From Vicugna vicugna (taxonomy: Eukaryota): 64,000 nt of DNA. Shown here in pieces: positions 61,150-64,000 of this stretch. The position numbers were made by a program, and so were the translations under genes. Below the pieces are notes generated by a model that did no database searches, was not told the DNA's origin, and saw only the letters and a list, made by a program, of their open reading frames with translations. The DNA is taken from NCBI GenBank assembly GCA_013265495.1, contig MU058418.1, positions 1,390,917-1,454,916 on the forward strand. The letters run 5' to 3'. Position 1 is the first letter of the stretch. Each line of letters begins with the position of its first letter.

Positions 61150-61365
61150 ATATAGTGCAGAGCAAGCTTCAAGAGTCCAAATTCCATCTTTGCCACTTGC
61201 TTAGCTATGTGGCTTTGGGCAAGGTACCTGAGCTCTCAGGTGCCTCAGTTTCCTCATCTGTAAAATGAGGGCAGTAATAGTACTCACATCATAGGCATAA
61301 GGTGGGGACTAAACAAGTCATCCTATGGAAGCCCTTGGGATTTTGCTCAATATGCTATGTTAGTG
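61150..61365 (+). mobile_element. MIR SINE
   Basis: TTGGGCAAG...GTGCCTCAGTTTCCTCATCTGTAAAATGAGG. Confidence 0.75.
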
Positions 61366-62164
61366 TTTAAAGAGTTCAGGGATTCTTGACAGGGTTGGAG
61401 CAGGTATGGGAGAATTCATCTTGTAGTTAAAGAACTAGGCATCTGGATGGAAATGTTCAGTGAAAAGAAAATGTGGCTACTTCTGGCCAGGATAAGCTGA
61501 TGGCCTAAACAGGTCCTTCCCAAGTCAGAAGTCAGAGTAGGCACGTGCATTATCCAATTCCATTTTGCTCAGCTTGAAGGCCTACCTAGGAGCTGGGAAT
61601 GACAGTGCGATAGAGGGGTGGCTGGCACCTTCCCCAGCTTTACCTTCCCAGGCCTATTTCATTTTTCTTCTCTGCACACCCACAGGGGTGGGAGGAGATG
61701 GCCCAGGTGTGGGGGGTGATAGGCCACACATGCTGGAAGCCTTGGGTATCTCAGGCGGGGCTGTGGGAACACGCTATTTCTGGGGCCTGGTGCCTCTGGT
61801 CCTGGCTCCAGTCTTCTCTGAAGAATCGTTTAGACTGACTCCCAAGGGTGCATTTTAAAACCGGTTCTCCCAGCCATTAACCCTGCAACTCCTGATACTC
61901 ACACACCCAGGTGGAGCCAAGTAGTCTGGGGCGGGCAATCAGGACTCTAGAAATTTGGTGCCAGCCTCCTCTGTGTGTCACTCAGGGCTTGGGGCCTTGG
62001 CAGGCACCACCTCTGCGTCTGGGCAGCAGCTGCTTCTGCGGAGCCCTGCTCTTCTCAGACTGCAGTAGGGGTGCACCCCCTGGTCTTGGAGGTGCTTGGG
62101 AATTCTGCAGGGTGACCACTGTGTAATCATAACATGTAAGATGAAGGATTCCGATGAAGAACCA

Positions 62165-62370
62165 CTTCTTGAGCACTTTATCTATGGAGCCGGGCACTTT
62201 ACACTCGTGATCTCCACCGTCACATCCACCATGTGAGGTGGAAACAATTATTTATTCCCACTTTACAGATGAGAAAACTGGGGCTCAAAGGTGGTAAGAT
62301 GCTTATTTAAGGTCCCCTGCCTTTAAATGATGGAGTTGGTATCTAAACCCAGGTCTGTCAGACTCCAAAT
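62165..62370 (-). mobile_element. MIR SINE
   Basis: CCCACTTTACAGATGAGAAAACTGGGGCTCA...AAACCCAGGTCTGTCAGACTCCAAA. Confidence 0.75.
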
Positions 62371-63119
62371 CCTACTCAGAGTCCCTTCCCCTTTCTGCCT
62401 CACACTAAAGATAAAATGATCAGCCTTCACTAGTGTATTTTGCGCCACCTGTTATGCTTATAGGCAATTGCTAGTGTAAATATTTATGCTAAGAGCAATG
62501 TACTAATGATGTGAAAGAATCAAAAACCTTAAAACTCCTCACCTAAAATAGGACCATGTCACTCCTGTTTTCAAAAATCGTCAGTGACTTCTCTACTCAC
62601 CAGATCAAGTTCAAACTCTTCAGCCTGTAATACAAACCACTAAAGAGAGTTTTGACAAAATGCCAAACTCCTGAGGCCCTTTTCTCTTTCAAAAATAACC
62701 TTCAGTCTGAAAGGAGAAAATAGCTTGACTGAGTTGGAATTGGAACCCAAGGTTGATGAGAAGATGCCCGAGGAGCAGGACAGGGTTGGAGGGGAGTCCT
62801 GCACTCCTTCCCCAACCTATGCACCCAGCCGAGGCCCAGACCTGGGAGAGCACGGGTGCCTAGCTTGCCCTGTAGCAGTTGTTAATCTTTCATAGAGTAT
62901 AGCAAATATAAGAGAGCCCAATGGTGGGCAGAAGTCCTGGTTTTCAAAAGGGAAAACACTTTAGATTCTGCAGGAAGATGCAAACACTGTCTTTAAATGT
63001 GTGGGAGAATGAAGCAAGTGGTCCCTCTCTGTCCGGGGGGCTGGGGGTTAGGGAGGGTTGAAGAATTCTTCAAGTGCTTGATGGAGTCCTGGACATCCAC
63101 ATATGGTTCTCCCAGAGTG

Positions 63120-63325
63120 GGAGGCAGTAGAGTGTGCAGTTAAGAGCCCAACTTGAGACTTCAGAGCATGAATCCCAGCTGTGCCTTGGGCAAGCTGCTT
63201 AATCTCCTTGTCTGTTTCCTTATCTGTGAAATGGGATAATAATATTACCCCGTAAGAGGATTAAATGTGACAACATATGAAATAGTTTAGAACAAAGTCT
63301 GCCATATTCCATAAATGTTAGGGTT
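63120..63325 (+). mobile_element. MIR SINE
   Basis: GTTAAGAGC...CCTTGGGCAAG...GTTTCCTTATCTGTGAAATGGGATAATAAT...GAGGATTAAATG. Confidence 0.75.
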
Positions 63326-63645
63326 TAAAAAATCAGAGAGTACCCAAAGCCTAAGGGAGTTGTCTCCAGAGTGCTGCTGACACCAGGTTCAGAAACCCCG
63401 AACCTCCCTCCCTGCCTTGCACATCCCTGGTCGTGAGCATCTGTGGGTCTGGGCCTGCCTCCTCTGCCCTCCTTCCTTGAGCCCCATGCTGTGAGAGCCC
63501 ACAAAAAGTCTTCAGTTAAAGAACAAACCACTCTGGCCCAGGCACATCCTTAACATGTGCAGGGGCTGCAGCCAGAGTATAAATGGCAGCCCCCATACAT
63601 GAAAGTTACAAATCAAACTAACAACTGCTAAAAAGAAATTATATA

Positions 63646-63646
63646 T

Positions 63647-63682
<36 letters not shown>
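63646..63682 (+). repeat. (TG)n microsatellite
   Basis: Directly visible. Confidence 0.95.
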
Positions 63683-63684
<2 letters not shown>

Positions 63685-64000
63685 TCTACCCTCAAAACTC
63701 AACATTTCCACCTTTATAACCACCTGGAAGGCCAGGTTCAAATGTAGAATTCTTAGAATTCTGCTCTGGAAACTCATGCATAGAAAGAGCTAGCTGTGGC
63801 CCCCAGGCCCTGACATACAGACTTGCCCCTTCTTTTCACTCCCCAGATGCACCCCGCACCATGAGGGGCTTCATGTGCAAGTGTGTGGCCACCCCAGCCA
63901 TGTGGTGTGTAAGCTATGTTAAAATTACAGCTCCCCATCCACCCCCACTCTCCTGCAAATGGTCAAAGGACCCTTGCACTATGGCACATTCACCTTTGGG

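Noticed and set aside
1..64000. CRISPR array, operon or prokaryotic defence system
   Set aside because: The sequence is mammalian, with no regularly spaced direct repeats and no dense ORFs.

Overview
Mammalian genomic DNA containing the 3' half of FOXO3 on the + strand. The tRNA-Ala(AGC)-derived SINEs look camelid-type (alpaca/llama/camel), which is an inference from memory. The window holds the end of the large upstream intron, the 1,436-nt last coding exon (12442-13877: C-terminal half of the forkhead domain to the stop plus 35 nt of UTR), a 14.3-kb intron inside the 3'UTR, and a ~4.8-kb non-coding last exon (28178-~32988) ending at AATAAA. The remaining ~31 kb is intergenic and rich in L1, L2, MIR, MaLR, ERV1/ERVL and DNA-transposon fossils. 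No second protein-coding gene and no wholly new biological system can be supported. The best leads are: loss of the proline after Ser574 (a proline-directed JNK site in human FOXO3); a pre-miRNA-like hairpin from a MER2/Tigger MITE in the 3'UTR; an L1 3'-transduction with a 17-bp TSD; inverted MIRs around the circFOXO3 exon; an NMD-threshold 3'UTR intron with strong cryptic donors; and an inverted ERVL dUTPase fossil. Repeat subfamily names and human residue numbers come from recognition, not database searches, and repeat boundaries are approximate.
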